A DNA stretch of 63,559 bases, counting the filler, from Octopus bimaculoides (lineage: Eukaryota): assembly GCF_001194135.2 (NCBI RefSeq). It is 5 parts of 4 records of this genome, joined end to end, with 100 filler letters (N's around TTAATTAATTAA, not from the genome) between each part and the next. Parts side by side here need not be neighbours in the genome. Positions count along the whole stretch, not along the records: positions 1 to 30,702 come from NC_068982.1; 4 more parts are not named here. One strand, 5' to 3'. Made by a program: the position numbers and the translations under genes. Below, one piece after another: positions 1 through 11,830 of this stretch. The first letter of the stretch is position 1. Each line of letters starts with the position of its first letter. The notes beneath the pieces were generated by a model. The model searched no databases and was not told the DNA's origin. It saw nothing but the letters and a program-made list of their open reading frames with translations.

Positions 1-37
<37 letters not shown>

Positions 38-420
38 GGCAGCGAGCTGGCAGATTCGTTAGCACGCTGGGCAAAATGCTTAGTGACATTTCGTCCGTCT
101 TTAAGTTCTGAGTTCAAATGTCGCTGTGTTCGACTTTGCTTTTCATCCTTTCGGAGTCGATAAAGTAGTACCAGTCGAGCACTGGGATCGATCTAATCGA
201 CCAGCCCACTCCCGCAAAACTTCAGGCTTGTGCCTATAGTAGAAAGGATTATTATTAGCCGCATATTTTCCGGTTTCGCGTTCTGAGTTCAAATTCCACC
301 AAGGTTGGCTTTGCCTTTCATCCTTTCGGGGTCGATAAAATAAATATCAGTTGTACCCACTCCCTCGACATTGTTAGCCTTGTACCAAAATTTGAAATCA
401 ATCATTATTATTATTTTAGC

Positions 421-935
421 ATTATTTAGTCAGAGAGCAGTGCATGACATCAAAGTGACACTGGGATACAATAATACGAACGTACCCATCATGACTACCT
501 ATCTTCTAAGGGTACACCGAGCACATGCACCACAACCATATGTACCCGACATGGGGATCTCATATCAAGATAAACAGCGCATGACCTTGCTCAAAAGGTC
601 CCGCTCAAAAGGTCCCCAAACAAAAGTTGTTTAAATATTATGAACGAGACACCCATGTTTCCAAAGGTGAATTATTCAAACTCCGAAGAATTCCTCTCAT
701 AGCTATGACGTACCCCCACTAGTCCTGCTCACAATCAGATATGCACATAATGTCAGTCACTAAGAGACATACCAACAAGTTAAGGTCAAGCAACTAGCAA
801 GCAAACCTGTGGTATTGAGCAGAATATTTGCTGTAGCCCATCTTTTTACACTTAGAAAAAACATGTTCATGTTAACACTTCCAATTAGTTAGGATCAGTA
901 GTTGTGAGAGCAACTGCCTGGTACTGCATCATGGC
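421..935 (-). mobile_element. Unclassified interspersed repeat (SINE-like) between (TTA)n tracts
   Basis: GC-richer 515-bp block bounded by TTA repeats, with no credible ORF. Resembles a common octopus repeat (from memory only). Confidence 0.35.
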
Positions 936-950
936 ATTATTATTATTATT

Positions 951-1250
951 TTATGTTTGACTTTTGTTTTGCATTTGTACAAGTTGGATCCAAGTCTCAC
1001 CCAGAGACCTCAAGAGACAACAAGTTAGAAGTTCATGTAGGTGTTATGCCTAGGGTACCATATATTTGGATTTGTACAGTTTTGTTGAAGTGAATGTTTA
1101 AGAAACCATAAGAAAATTATGTGTTTTTTAAAATTTGAGATCACATAGACAGTATTTTACGTAGGATATGGGCAGTTCCCATGAGCACTATCTTTTGAAC
1201 TTCAGCCATTTTGGGGTTTCCTGGAATCTGATCTAGGTAGTAATCAGCCC

Positions 1251-1251
<1 letters not shown>
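951..1251 (-). mobile_element. 3' end of an R4/Dong-like non-LTR retrotransposon
   Basis: Minus strand encodes DYYLDQIPGNPKMAEVQKIVLMGTAHILRKILSM* (stop at 1141-1143), the C-terminal motif of REL-endonuclease LINEs. A 3' UTR follows, with (TAA)n on both sides. Confidence 0.8.

Positions 1252-1326
<75 letters not shown>
1252..1326. repeat. (TTA)n microsatellite; one of many (also 1-35, 1548-1600, 1772-1840, 3243-3335, 29620-29706, 30128-30191)
   Basis: Direct reading. Confidence 0.99.
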
Positions 1327-1327
<1 letters not shown>

Positions 1328-1548
1328 GATTATATAAGGCGGCGATTTGGCAGAATCGTTAGCACACCGGGTGAAATGCTTAGCGATATTTCGCCCGTCG
1401 CTACGTTCTGAGTTTAAAATCCGCCGAGGCCGACTTTACTTTTCATCCTTTCGAGGTCGATAAATTAAGTACCAGTAATACACTGGAGTCGATGTAATCG
1501 ATTATCACCCTCCCCTAAATTTCAGGCCTTGTGCCTATAATAGAAAGG

Positions 1549-1604
<56 letters not shown>

Positions 1605-1768
1605 AGGCGACGAGCCGGCTGAATCGTTAGCAAGCCAGGCGAAATGCTTAGCAGTATTTCGTCCGTTTTTACGTTCTGAGTTCGGATTGCGCCGAGGTGG
1701 ACTTTACCTTTCATCCTTTTGGGGTCGATAAATAGAAAGCATTATTATTATTATTCTTGTTGTTGTTG

Positions 1769-1841
<73 letters not shown>

Positions 1842-2814
1842 GATTAAGGCGGCGAGCTGGCAGAATCGTTAGCACGCCGGGCATTTCGTCCGTCTTTACA
1901 TTGAGTTCAAATTCCACCGAGGGCGACTATACCTTTCATCCTTTCAGAGATCAAAAAATTAAATATCAGTTGAGTACTGGGGTCGATGTAAAAAATTTCG
2001 GGCCTGTTGCCTTTAGTAGAAAGGATTATTGTTATTGTTGTTGTTTTGTAGTTTTATGCATTATCTTATGCTTTCACTGCACAGCTGAGTGCAGCTCTCA
2101 GCACCTTGAGTACGTGAAATGCGTTTAGTCTGAATTATATTGACTGTACTCTTAAAAATAGATTAGAAATGCCTGGCAGTGTTAGTATCTGTACGTTGCA
2201 CACACTGACAAAATAGTTCGAGCGCCGGAAAAAATATCATCCAGCATTTGTTCCAGCTCTTTACAGTCCAGGTTCAAATCTCGCCGAGGAGAATTTTGCT
2301 TGACTTTCATCTGGAGTCGTTGAAATAAAGTAATTGTTATGTACCGGAGTCGACGGTATGGACTCACCTCTTTCTCTGGAAATTGCCGGCCTTCAATCCA
2401 GGACCTCCGGGAAATCAATGGATTGGTCCCTATAGCATTTATTTAATGACAGCTAGCCACAGCCTACGTAGATCAGAATTGGGTCTCTAAACCCGCGAGA
2501 CCACCGAGCAACGGCGCAGTGTTCAGTGTGCTCATACCATTAGACTGCTCTACTCGTATCTAAATCAGGAATCATATGTCTAAGGCGGTGATCTAGCAGA
2601 ATCGGTATTTCGTCTTCACGTTCTCAGTTCAAATTCCGCCAAGGTCGACTTTGCCTTTCATCCTGTCTGGGTCGATAAAACAAGTACCCGTTGAATATTA
2701 GGATCGATGTAATCGACTCATGCCCTCCCCAAAATTCCTGCCCTTCTGGCAAAATTTGAAACCATTATATGTATGCGTGTATTTGTGTATAAAATGCATT
2801 TGTCTACATATTTT

Positions 2815-3210
2815 TTAATCATTCACAAAGCAATTATTTCTATAGGGATTTGTTTCTGATGTTTGTCCCCACATTCTCGTAATCACTATTTCTAAGTTTT
2901 TAGATTTAGATAATTCTCAACTTCTTTTAGACATATGCTATCATCGATTGTTTGAGCCGATAGTTTGATTAACAGTCAGTCTTTCTCTTGATTGTTTTTG
3001 ACAGCAATATCCGCCGATTAACATTGAACTTCTTGTCTGTGTGGATTGGTATTTCCCAGAGCATGATCGCTTTGTCATTCTCTGAGACCTCTTTGTTAAG
3101 TTATGCTTATACCAGTTCGGCTCTCTTATTACTTCATGTTGGCACAATTGCCGGAGTACGACTGACCATCTATATAATGCCAAGATTGGGCAACTAGAGA
3201 CAATGTAGTT
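2815..3210 (-). mobile_element. R4/Dong-like LINE fragment (end of CCHC finger plus restriction-like endonuclease), decayed
   Basis: Frameshifted IVSSCPILA...ENDKAIMLWEIPIHTDKKFNVNR/PDIAVKNNQEKD*LLI...LEIVITRMWG...AL*MIKK. The 5' flank is (TAA)n/(GAT)n. Confidence 0.75.
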
Positions 3211-3242
3211 TATCATCATCATCAGCATCATCATCATCATCA

Positions 3243-3336
<94 letters not shown>

Positions 3337-3374
3337 CATCATTATCATTATCAAGGCANNNNNNNNNNTTATTA

Positions 3375-3407
<33 letters not shown>

Positions 3408-4045
3408 AGGCAGCGAGCTGTCAGAACCGTTAGCACGCCAGGCGAAATGCTTAGCGGTATTTCATCTGTCGCTATGTTCTGAGTTCAAATTCCACCGAGG
3501 TCGATTTTACCTTTCATCCTTTCGGAGTCGATAAAATAGGTTCCAGTTGCGTACTAGGGTCGATCTAATCGACTGGCCCCCTCCCCCAAAATTTCATGCC
3601 TTGTGTCTAGAGCAGAAACGATTATTAAGGCGGCGAGCTGGCAGAACCTTTAGCACTCTGGACAAAATGCTCAACGATATTTCGCCCGTAGCTACGTTGT
3701 GAGTTCAAATCCTGCCGAGGTCGACTTTGCCTTTCGGGGGGTCGATAAATTAAGTACCAGTGAAACATTGGGGTCGATGTAATCGTCTAGTACCCTCTCT
3801 CCAAATTTCAAGCATTGTGCTTTAGTATAAAGGATTATTATTGTTATTGGCAAAACGCACGTTGCATCGTTAGTCTTGTTTATATATGTCAAAAGTTGTT
3901 AATTGTTGAAAATTTGTTGCGTATCATTTGTTAAAGACAACCAGAAAACATAGGATTGTTTTCAAAATTGTACCCCTTTGGGACACAGATTTGAAAAGAA
4001 TATTTTTAAATTATGTTTGAAAAACATTTTTTTTTTTATCTTGAA

Positions 4046-4145
4046 ATGATGCCGGACGGGGTAGAACTGCTTGTGATTGTGGAGGGTAGAAGACCAAGAA
4101 ACCATGTCTGTGGAAAAATTGACCATCTCAGAAGAGCTTCACTAA
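4046..4145 (+). mobile_element. LINE ORF1 remnant (degenerate zinc knuckle)
   Basis: MMPDGVELLVIVEGRRPRNHVCGKIDHLRRAS parallels KLPDG...CYKCGEEGHIKVTC at about 22250-22316. Confidence 0.45.
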
Positions 4146-4864
4146 TGCCGATACCATCGTTTCAACAACAACAACAACAACAATAACAGCAACAGCCACA
4201 GTTTGCAACAACATAAGCAGTAGCGACAGTAGTAGCAAGGAAAAAATATGAAAGCAACAATAACCCCATCTGGACCCACATCAACAATAGCAACAACAGC
4301 AAAAGCAACTACGACAACAGCTACAGACGCTTGTAAAACTGAAAAACGCAGCAACAGTTGCACAAAGAATATCAACATCAAATCCATTAGAAGTAGCAAC
4401 TGAGGTGACGGAGAAACTGAGTGCTACAAAAATAATCCGGATATCTTAACCCTCTCTTCCTCTTCCCTCCTTCCTCATACATGCACACTCATGAACACAC
4501 ACACGCAAACAAACACACACACAAAACGTGTTCCTGCCCCAGTTCAAGTCAGAGTTTTTTTTTTTATTAAACCTCAGGTGAGGGGGAGTGGGAGACAAGA
4601 AAAAGCAACAAAAAAAAATACGAAACAACACCTGCTCCACGTCGACTTCAAACAGCGCTAAATTCGCATCAAGAAATGCATCATCACTATTACCATCTCC
4701 ACCAAAAGCAACAAAAACAAAACAAAAAAATACAAGCGAAACAACAAGAAACAATTAAGAGAAAAAAAGAACATGCACAAATCGAATAACAACCAGAACA
4801 CTATCCTAGTAAGGAGAAAAATAAAGAGCTGCTTTCTTACGTAGCATAAAAAGGAAACATGGAG

Positions 4865-4901
4865 AGAAAGAGAGAGAGAGCGAGAGAACGAGAGAGAGAG
4901 A

Positions 4902-4968
<67 letters not shown>
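4865..4968. repeat. (GA)n microsatellite
   Basis: Direct reading. Confidence 0.99.
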
Positions 4969-4969
<1 letters not shown>

Positions 4970-5214
4970 AGGGAAGACTTTCATTAAAAGTACAGAGAAA
5001 GCCGCGAAGGATCTGAAACTGGTAAGGCTGCCAACAGATAGGAATATGAAATTGATTTTTCCAAAAGAGAGTTTCCCTTATGACGTTGGGTATCCAAGCG
5101 TCATAGCCTTGAACAGGCTATTTTAGGATTTTCACCATAGAACTGCATACAGAGAAAAGATTTTGAAACACACGATTGCCTACAGAAAATTATTATTATT
5201 ATTACCTATTAAGG

Positions 5215-6700
5215 TAGATGACCTCTTTCCTTCTTCCCTTCTTCCTTACCAACATGGCAGCCTTAAGAGTGGGAAGTATAAATATACGTGGCCTGGAGTC
5301 ACCCTGGAAAACAAGAGTCTTCTCAAAGACACCAGGTCACTAGCTTTGGATGGATTACCTGTCAGCGAGGCCAGGATTTCTAACACATGTGCTACAGGAT
5401 CTGTTTTTGATGACTTGACGAAGTGCACATCACTGAACCGATCTGGCATAGGAGGCCGAGAGACAGTATTGTTTCGGAAAGGCCTGGGTTTCGAGATACA
5501 GCCGGTCTTCCTGAATTCGAACAGTAAGTTGGTGATCCTAGACGTGAACAAGAGAAAGCGGTGTCTTTAGACCACACAGCTGGCAAAAATGAGTAGTACC
5601 TGTATTTCAAAGGGCTATCCTCGTCACATTCCTTAAGAATGTAAACACGAGTACACACAAGCAGGCTGTTCAGTTGATCGGATCAACTGGAACCCTCGTC
5701 GTCGTAACTGATGGAGCGACTGTAGCTTTGACTGGGGTTGAACAGCCGAATTTCTTCAGAAGTCTGGAGGTTTTCCTGAGAAAGCCCCGCTCTTTAGTAC
5801 TAGTGGAGGATTAGAATACCATCATGGTTGTACATGTGGATCGTGTAAGACCAACTGATAGGAGAGGAGAGTTGTAAAAGCCTCGCAAGCCTACTCTCAC
5901 GTCTCCAACTGGCTGATAGATACTGACTGAACTTCCTAAATGTGCCATTGGGAATGTAAACAGTATCAGGTTATCCAGACCATGTCACGATAAAGTTTTC
6001 TATAGGCCGGCAAACAGGAATAGCACAGGTTGTTCACAATTCAAATTGACCGGCTACACAGACCACAAATTTATGACACATACCGTCGACCTAGATATAC
6101 TGCATAGACAAGGACACGTTTACTGGAATCTGAACGCGTTTTTCCGACGTGCCAATGCGATCAGTCAATGTTCCATTATGGCATTCTCTCGAGGATTAGC
6201 GGTGGGTAAGAGCGACGACATCCTCTGGAAAACTCTGGGCATCGATCAAAATCCCTCACTAGACTTTTTCGGAGGACTTTCGAACCGGGACTGATGAATA
6301 ATTTCCAGAAATCCCTGGGAACATTACCGGCTTAGGATAAACTCAACAGGTATGGTTGTGCCTTCAGCTGGGCTTGCCTGACATGCAAGTATATCGACCA
6401 AACTGTCCTGCACACGCTCGTATAGTGCTCAAGGTTTGCTGACTTACGGAGTAATGTCGAACGGCTGCTGCCATGTGTGAGATGGATCCGACTATCGGCC
6501 AGGTCCATCATGAAGATCGCCACGCCGCCACCTTTTGGCCGGTAAGGGAAAACAGCTTTTCTTTGACCGGTGGCTATGACGAAAGAGATTGCGTGAAGAA
6601 CGACAATGAAAGGACTGAAAACGGATACTTTCCTTTTCGGTAAGCCCACGTCGACATTTTAAAATTCATTTGAGAAGGAAGGTGATGTTTGAGAGGGGAG
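5215..6700 (-). mobile_element. Decayed LINE (CR1/L2/Jockey group), endonuclease to pre-RT region, interrupted by a SINE
   Basis: PYRPKGGGVAIF (APE GGGVAI motif) near 6530 and ILPTLKAAMLVRKKG (WKxAxxxPxxKKG-like) near 5240-5280, with many stops and frameshifts. Confidence 0.45.
5556..5720 (+). mobile_element. Partial SINE family C
   Basis: Matches 43570-43757 and 60620-60829 (gcaggctgttc.gttgatcggatcaactggaaccctcgtcgtcgtaac). Confidence 0.75.
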
Positions 6701-6988
6701 TGCTCGCGCCAATAAGTTTGTTGAAATGTGGTGAATGTGGCGAGGATGGTCCGAATGATCGAACCTCGCCGGTAGTATGGAGAAAGCGAGTGGAGAGAAA
6801 CGCTTCTCAGTCATGCCCTTGGTAGTTGGGTTGACTAAGTGTCTGTGGGGCTCCTTCGTTACCCTGGGTAGTACTTGCTCCTATAGGGAAATTTTGTCAA
6901 AATTTTCTTGTTAATTTTTATTGTTTATATTGTTTTCATTTGTTTATGTAAATCGTCACAGTCCACTTTCTTTGTAGTGTCCTAAATG

Positions 6989-7135
6989 TGAGGACGCGTG
7001 GCCTAGTGGTTAGGGTGTTGCACTCACGATGGCGAGATCATGGTTTCAATTCCTAAACCGAGTGATAAGTTGCGTTTTTTGAGCAAAACACTTCATCTCG
7101 TGTTGTTCTGTAATCACTTCAACACCTGACACGTG
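6989..7135 (+). mobile_element. tRNA-derived SINE head (family C-like)
   Basis: Box A-like gcgtggcctagtggttagg and box B-like ggtttcaattcc; similar to the heads at 17473 (-) and 60525. Confidence 0.7.
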
Positions 7136-7189
7136 GAACACCGTGCCGACTTAATGGCGGGAGTGAGCTAATGTACAGCACATACATTT

Positions 7190-7301
7190 TATCGATTCCT
7201 TTTGGGGTCGATAAATTAAGTACCAGTGAAACACTGGTGTCGATGTAAGCAACTAGTACCCTCCTCACCAAATTTCTGGCCTTGTACCTTCAGTAGTAAG
7301 G

Positions 7302-7340
<39 letters not shown>

Positions 7341-7985
7341 AATGAAGATGGTGAGCTGGCAGAAACGTTAGCACGCCGGGCGAAATGTTTAGCGGTATTT
7401 CGTCTGCCGCTACGTTCTGAGTTACAATTCCGCCGAGGTCGACTTTGCCTTTCATTCTTTCGGGGTCGATTAAATAAGTACCAGTTACGTACTGGGGTCG
7501 ATATAATCGACTTAATCCGTTTGTCCCCTCTGTGTGTAGCCCCTTGTGGGCTGTAAAGAAATAAGAATCGTTAGTATGGCGGAGAAAATGCCTAGCAGCA
7601 TTTCATCAGTCTTGTTGTTCTGAGTTCAAATTCCGCCGGGGTCGACTTTGTCTTTAAATCATTTCAGGGTCGATAAAACAATTATTAGCTGAATATTGAG
7701 GTCGTTGTAATTGACTGCCCTCCTCCCCCGCAACTACTGGCCTTGCGCCAAATTTTGAAATTATTATTATCGTTATTACTGAAAACAGTGAGGTGGCAGT
7801 ATCATTAGCACATCGGACAAAATGATTAGCGGCATTTCGGTCTGAGTTCGTAAGTCACCATTGTTGAGTTGGCCCTTCATCATTTTGAGGTCGATACAAT
7901 AAGTAACAGTGGATCACTAAGGTTGATGTAATCGACTAGCTCCCTCCCGAGCAATTTCAGGTCTTTCAAATCAAAAAGATTTATT
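7190..7985 (+). mobile_element. Tandem array of about 4 SINE family A copies
   Basis: Copies at about 7190 (partial), 7345, 7565 and 7780, separated by (TTG)n/(TTA)n tails. Confidence 0.85.
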
Positions 7986-8544
7986 GTTGTTATTGAATTT
8001 ATCTATTTATCTGCCGGAGACGCACACATTTCACGAAGAGAGGAAATTATAAGCTCTCTATTGCAATCTCTAGAATTACATCCAAATATCCTTTAAATGA
8101 TAAATTATACACTACTATCTTCAAAAAAGGAAGCATTAGGTAATGTTGTCCTCCTATATACCGTCTAAAAAATTATCATGCCTCTGGGTCTAAACGACGG
8201 CATCGACAACTACAAGAACAATAACAAAAACAATTGCAAATCAAGTCAGTTTTAATAAAAAAATTCCCTTATCAACTTTCCAGACGACGTTTTTAATAGT
8301 ATTTACAAAACTATTTTCAAGAACTGGAGGCCGAGACCAAGAATCAGTATTAGCTTTAGTTCTTGCGTATGTCATTCTTCAACTTTTATCATGGTGCTGG
8401 CGTATGGCTTATTTAGCTACTTATGTGTAACAGGATGAAATATTTCATGACAAAATACTGATATTGTGTTGCAAATGTCGTTTAAAGTTAAACATTCAAT
8501 AAACGAATATGAATACATTACGTTGTGAATATATTGCATAATAA

Positions 8545-8750
8545 TGGTTTCAAATTTTGGCACAAGGCCAGTAAATTGGGGGAAGGGGTAAGTCGATTAT
8601 ATCGACCCTAATGCTCACTTATCCTATCGACCCCGAAAGGATGAAAGACGAAGTCGACCACGGTAGAACTTGAACTCAGAATGTAAAGACGGTCGAAATG
8701 CCGCAAAACATTTTGCCCGGCGTGTAAACGATTCTACCAGCTCACCACTT
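8545..8750 (-). mobile_element. SINE family A
   Basis: Reverse complement of the family A consensus (cgaccccgaaaggatgaaag..gaagtcgac...gaactcagaa). Confidence 0.85.
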
Positions 8751-9673
8751 TAATATATTACATAGTAATGTCAAGCAGATTGTCCACAATATAAGATTTC
8801 GGCTTTCTAGTTTTATATGTAGGTCAGATAGACAAACTCAGCAGTAGGTTAATATTTATTTAAACAATATCTCCATAAAGCAAAATTACCCAACTACACT
8901 AAAACTACAAATTGGGCGAAAAAAAATAAATAGGTCACATAAGAAGATACATTTTAGCTGCATTTTAATCGATTATTTAGATTTCAACATTTTCATTTTG
9001 AATGAAACCTTTCTCTGCTTTTTCTTATGGAAGTTTTTTTTTTATATCTTTATCTTTACATTGGCCCCATTAAATGAGATAGCATAAAGAATTTGGCCTG
9101 TATTTCCAATCTAAGCTTTCAACTTATATCCTTGATTTTCATTACCAGAACGGAATTCCTTTAGACGTAAACGTATAATCATCATAAGTGAGTTAAGAAC
9201 GTTTTATTCATAGAAAAGACTATTAATAGAAAATTCTCTTAATCTCTTCTCTATCACTCTTTCTTTCTCTCCGTCTCTCTCAGCGCCTTATTCTGGAAGG
9301 TATCAGTTGATTTCAGACCTGGAATAGTATGGGCTCTGCCATGTCTTAAAATGCCCGAGACTCGCCGTATGTTTAACGGCACCTCTACGATTCCGCAAAA
9401 AAAAGTTGAAAATTTGAACTCAGAACACAAAGACCTGCAACAGGGGCCATGACCACCGCCCCTGACCAGGCTATAAGAAAGATAATCATGCAACTCAATT
9501 AGAAATATATAAAGATCTGTCACGTCTTACAAGAGCAACAAGCGTGATTAGCTGACCAAATAATTAGAGCGTTGGAGAGTGTTAAGTGATATTTCTTCCG
9601 ACTTTTTACGTCCGGAATTCAAATCACGTCGAAATCAACTTTACCTCTCATCCCACTATAAAATAAAGTATTT

Positions 9674-9793
9674 GTCAAATACTGAGGTCAAATACTGAGG
9701 TCAAATACTGAGGTCAAATAATGAGGTCAAATACTGAGGTCAAATACTGAGGTCAAATACTGAGGTCAAATACTGAGGTCAAATACTGAGGTC
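9674..9793 (+). repeat. 13-bp minisatellite (GTCAAATACTGAG)x9 inside a decayed family A SINE (about 9560-9820)
   Basis: Nine units, one with a C>A change, plus a final GTC. Confidence 0.95.
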
Positions 9794-10128
9794 CTCTTTT
9801 CAAAGCTGCTGGCCTTGTACTTAATTATTTACAAGAACAGCTATGATNNNNNNNNNNNNNNNNNNNNNNNNNNNNNNNNNNNNNNNNNNNNNNNNNNNNN
9901 NNNNNNNNNNNNNNNNNNNNNNNNNNNNNNNNNNNNNNNNNNNNNNNNNNNNNNNNNNNNNNNNNNNNNNNNNNNNNNNNNNNNNNNNNNNNNNNNNNNN
10001 NNNNNNNNNNNNNNNNNNNNNNNNNNNNNNNNNNNNNNNNNNNNNNNNNNNNNNNNNNNNNNNNNNNNNNNNNNNNNNNNNNNNNNNNNNNNNNNNNNNN
10101 NNNNNNNNNNNNNNNNNNNNNNNNNNNN

Positions 10129-10149
<21 letters not shown>

Positions 10150-10159
<10 letters not shown>

Positions 10160-10330
10160 GAGAATGTACGAAAAAAAACAACAACAGACGAGGACAGGTG
10201 GTGTAAACAACAAAAGGATGTATTAGTTTGACGCTCGGGAATACAGAAAGTCTTTAACGTTTCGAGCTACGCTCTACAACAGAAAGAATACGGAGAAAAC
10301 AAGGAGAAAAGCACGGAGAAAAAAAATTGA
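10150..10330 (-). mobile_element. Dispersed repeat, possibly a Penelope-like pseudo-LTR remnant; second copy at about 32971-33160
   Basis: Shares gtgtaaacaaca...gatgtattagttt...ctcggga...gaaagtcttt...cgagc(c)tacgctct...acagaaag with 32971-33160. Both copies abut (TA)n and carry the hammerhead-like motif. Confidence 0.45.
10251..10287 (-). ncRNA. Hammerhead-like motif with variant core, in a dispersed repeat
   Basis: Minus strand TCTTT CTGTTGT A GAGC-GTA-GCTC GAA AC-GT T AAAGA. Stems I and II are perfect and stem III is the palindrome ACGT, but the core deviates from CUGANGA at two positions. Confidence 0.35.
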
Positions 10331-10381
10331 ATGGTGTTTGGTCAGCGATCTATCATGAGAGAGAGACAGACAGAGAGAGAC

Positions 10382-10442
<61 letters not shown>

Positions 10443-10725
10443 TCTGTTCCGTCGATGAATAAATTAGATACCACAGTCTCGTAAAACTCTTCCTCATAAT
10501 TGAAGCATTAATACTACTTTATTTTATTTCTCAAACTCTTCACAAAACTCTTTACAAAATATTTCCCCCTGCGAACAACATCCTTCTGGAATTCCTGTGG
10601 ACGTAGACCTACTATTGCCATAATACTAGACATAAATATCACCGATCTTAGACAGCCTGAAAATGTCAGAAGCGTTGACCCTTCTTCCTCTGGTTAAGTT
10701 ACAAAATTAAAATAATATATAAACA

Positions 10726-11066
10726 GATGCAGCGTGGCTGTGTGGTAAGTAGTTTGGTTCCCAACCTCATGGTTCCGGGTTCAGTTCCACTGCGTGAAAC
10801 CTTGAGCAAGTGTCTTCTACTATAGCCTCAGAGTGGATTTGGTAGACGGAAACTGAAAGAAGTCCGCTGTATATATCTTTGTCTGTATATATTTGCGTGT
10901 GTGTGTCTGTGCTTGTCCCCCCACCATCGCTTGACTACTCATGATGGTGTGCTTACGTCTCCGTAACTAGACTTACAAAACGAATAAGTCCTGGGATCGA
11001 TTTGTTCGACTAAAGGCGGTGCTCCAGCATGGCCGCAGTCAACTGACTGAAACAGGTAAATGAATA
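10726..11066 (+). mobile_element. SINE family B (CORE-type, octopus OR-like)
   Basis: tRNA-like head gtggctgtgtggtaag...ggttccgggttcagttccactgcg, CORE-like ccttgagcaagtgtcttctactatagcctc, 3' ggcggtgctccagcatggccgcagtc. Confidence 0.85.
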
Positions 11067-11456
11067 TCATTAGTGTATCCTACTCTTCTCTTCTATTTTG
11101 ATACATATTTGTTTGTGTAATTTTACCGATTGCGTCTTTCCCCTTCCTGAGAAATGTGCTTGCTCTTCGTCCACGTCTTTCCTGTCCCTGTTGGTTGCTT
11201 CTACTTCGAACTCCCAGTCAACAAGAGTTCCTCTATTCGATTGACCGACTTGGCCAGAAATAACAGTCAAATATCTTCAAATCGCACTCCACTGTTCTTA
11301 CCCAAAGGAAGAACACATTGGACAATGTAATACTAGCCAGATAAACCACATGGAAGGGATGGAATATCATATGATTAATCATACATAGGTCTGCCAGGAC
11401 TGACATGGGGACGAAACAAGAACAATATAAAACAACTCCTACTACTACTACAAATA

Positions 11457-11521
<65 letters not shown>

Positions 11522-11830
11522 AATAATTTGTAATCATCAATCATTCTGATTTGACCTAGATGCTGCCAGATTTTCAGTTTGGGGTTTCATAAGACCGTGG
11601 GATCTAACTTCCTTTTCCTGACTAAACATACATACATTCATACATACATATACACTCGCACACACACACACACGCATGCATGCATACATACATACACACG
11701 CACGCACGCACACGCACGCACGCACACGCATGCACACGCACGCACACACATACATACATACACACATACATACATACATACATACATACATACACACATA
11801 CATACATACAAATATACATATACAACATAT
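11457..11830. repeat. (ATG)n tract and a compound (CA)/(CATA)/(CACG) microsatellite
   Basis: Direct reading; source of spurious poly-S and HT/VC ORFs. Confidence 0.97.

Larger units (their letters stand above)
36..3840 (+). mobile_element. Cluster of about 9 same-orientation copies of SINE family A (tRNA-derived, Meta-domain-like core), mostly separated by (TTA)n
   Basis: Repeated AAGGCGGCGAGCTGGCAGAATCGTTAGCACGCCGGGCGAAATGCTTAGC...GTTCTGAGTTCAAATTCCGCCGAGGTCGACTTTGCCTTTCATCCTTTCGGGGTCGATAAATTAAGTACCAG...AGAAAGGATTATT at about 36, 268, 1337, 1603, 1845, 2230, 2580, 3405 and 3626. The family label is from memory. Confidence 0.9.

Noticed and set aside
951-3210. Single R4/Dong element split by a SINE array (2815-3210 plus 951-1251)
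   Set aside because: The pieces overlap by several codons with different sequence (KKYVDKCI versus GADYYLD), so they are separate copies or subfamilies.
9674-9793. CRISPR-like array
   Set aside because: Contiguous 13-bp units without spacers, a eukaryotic context, and no cas genes.
11285-11330. CSYPK/..THW-like sequence as the missing SULT P-loop exon or a SULT pseudogene
   Set aside because: It needs a frameshift, the flanking residues do not resemble a SULT, and stops follow. Another frame (TQRKNTLDNVIL) better fits a LINE endonuclease PTRxxNxLD motif.
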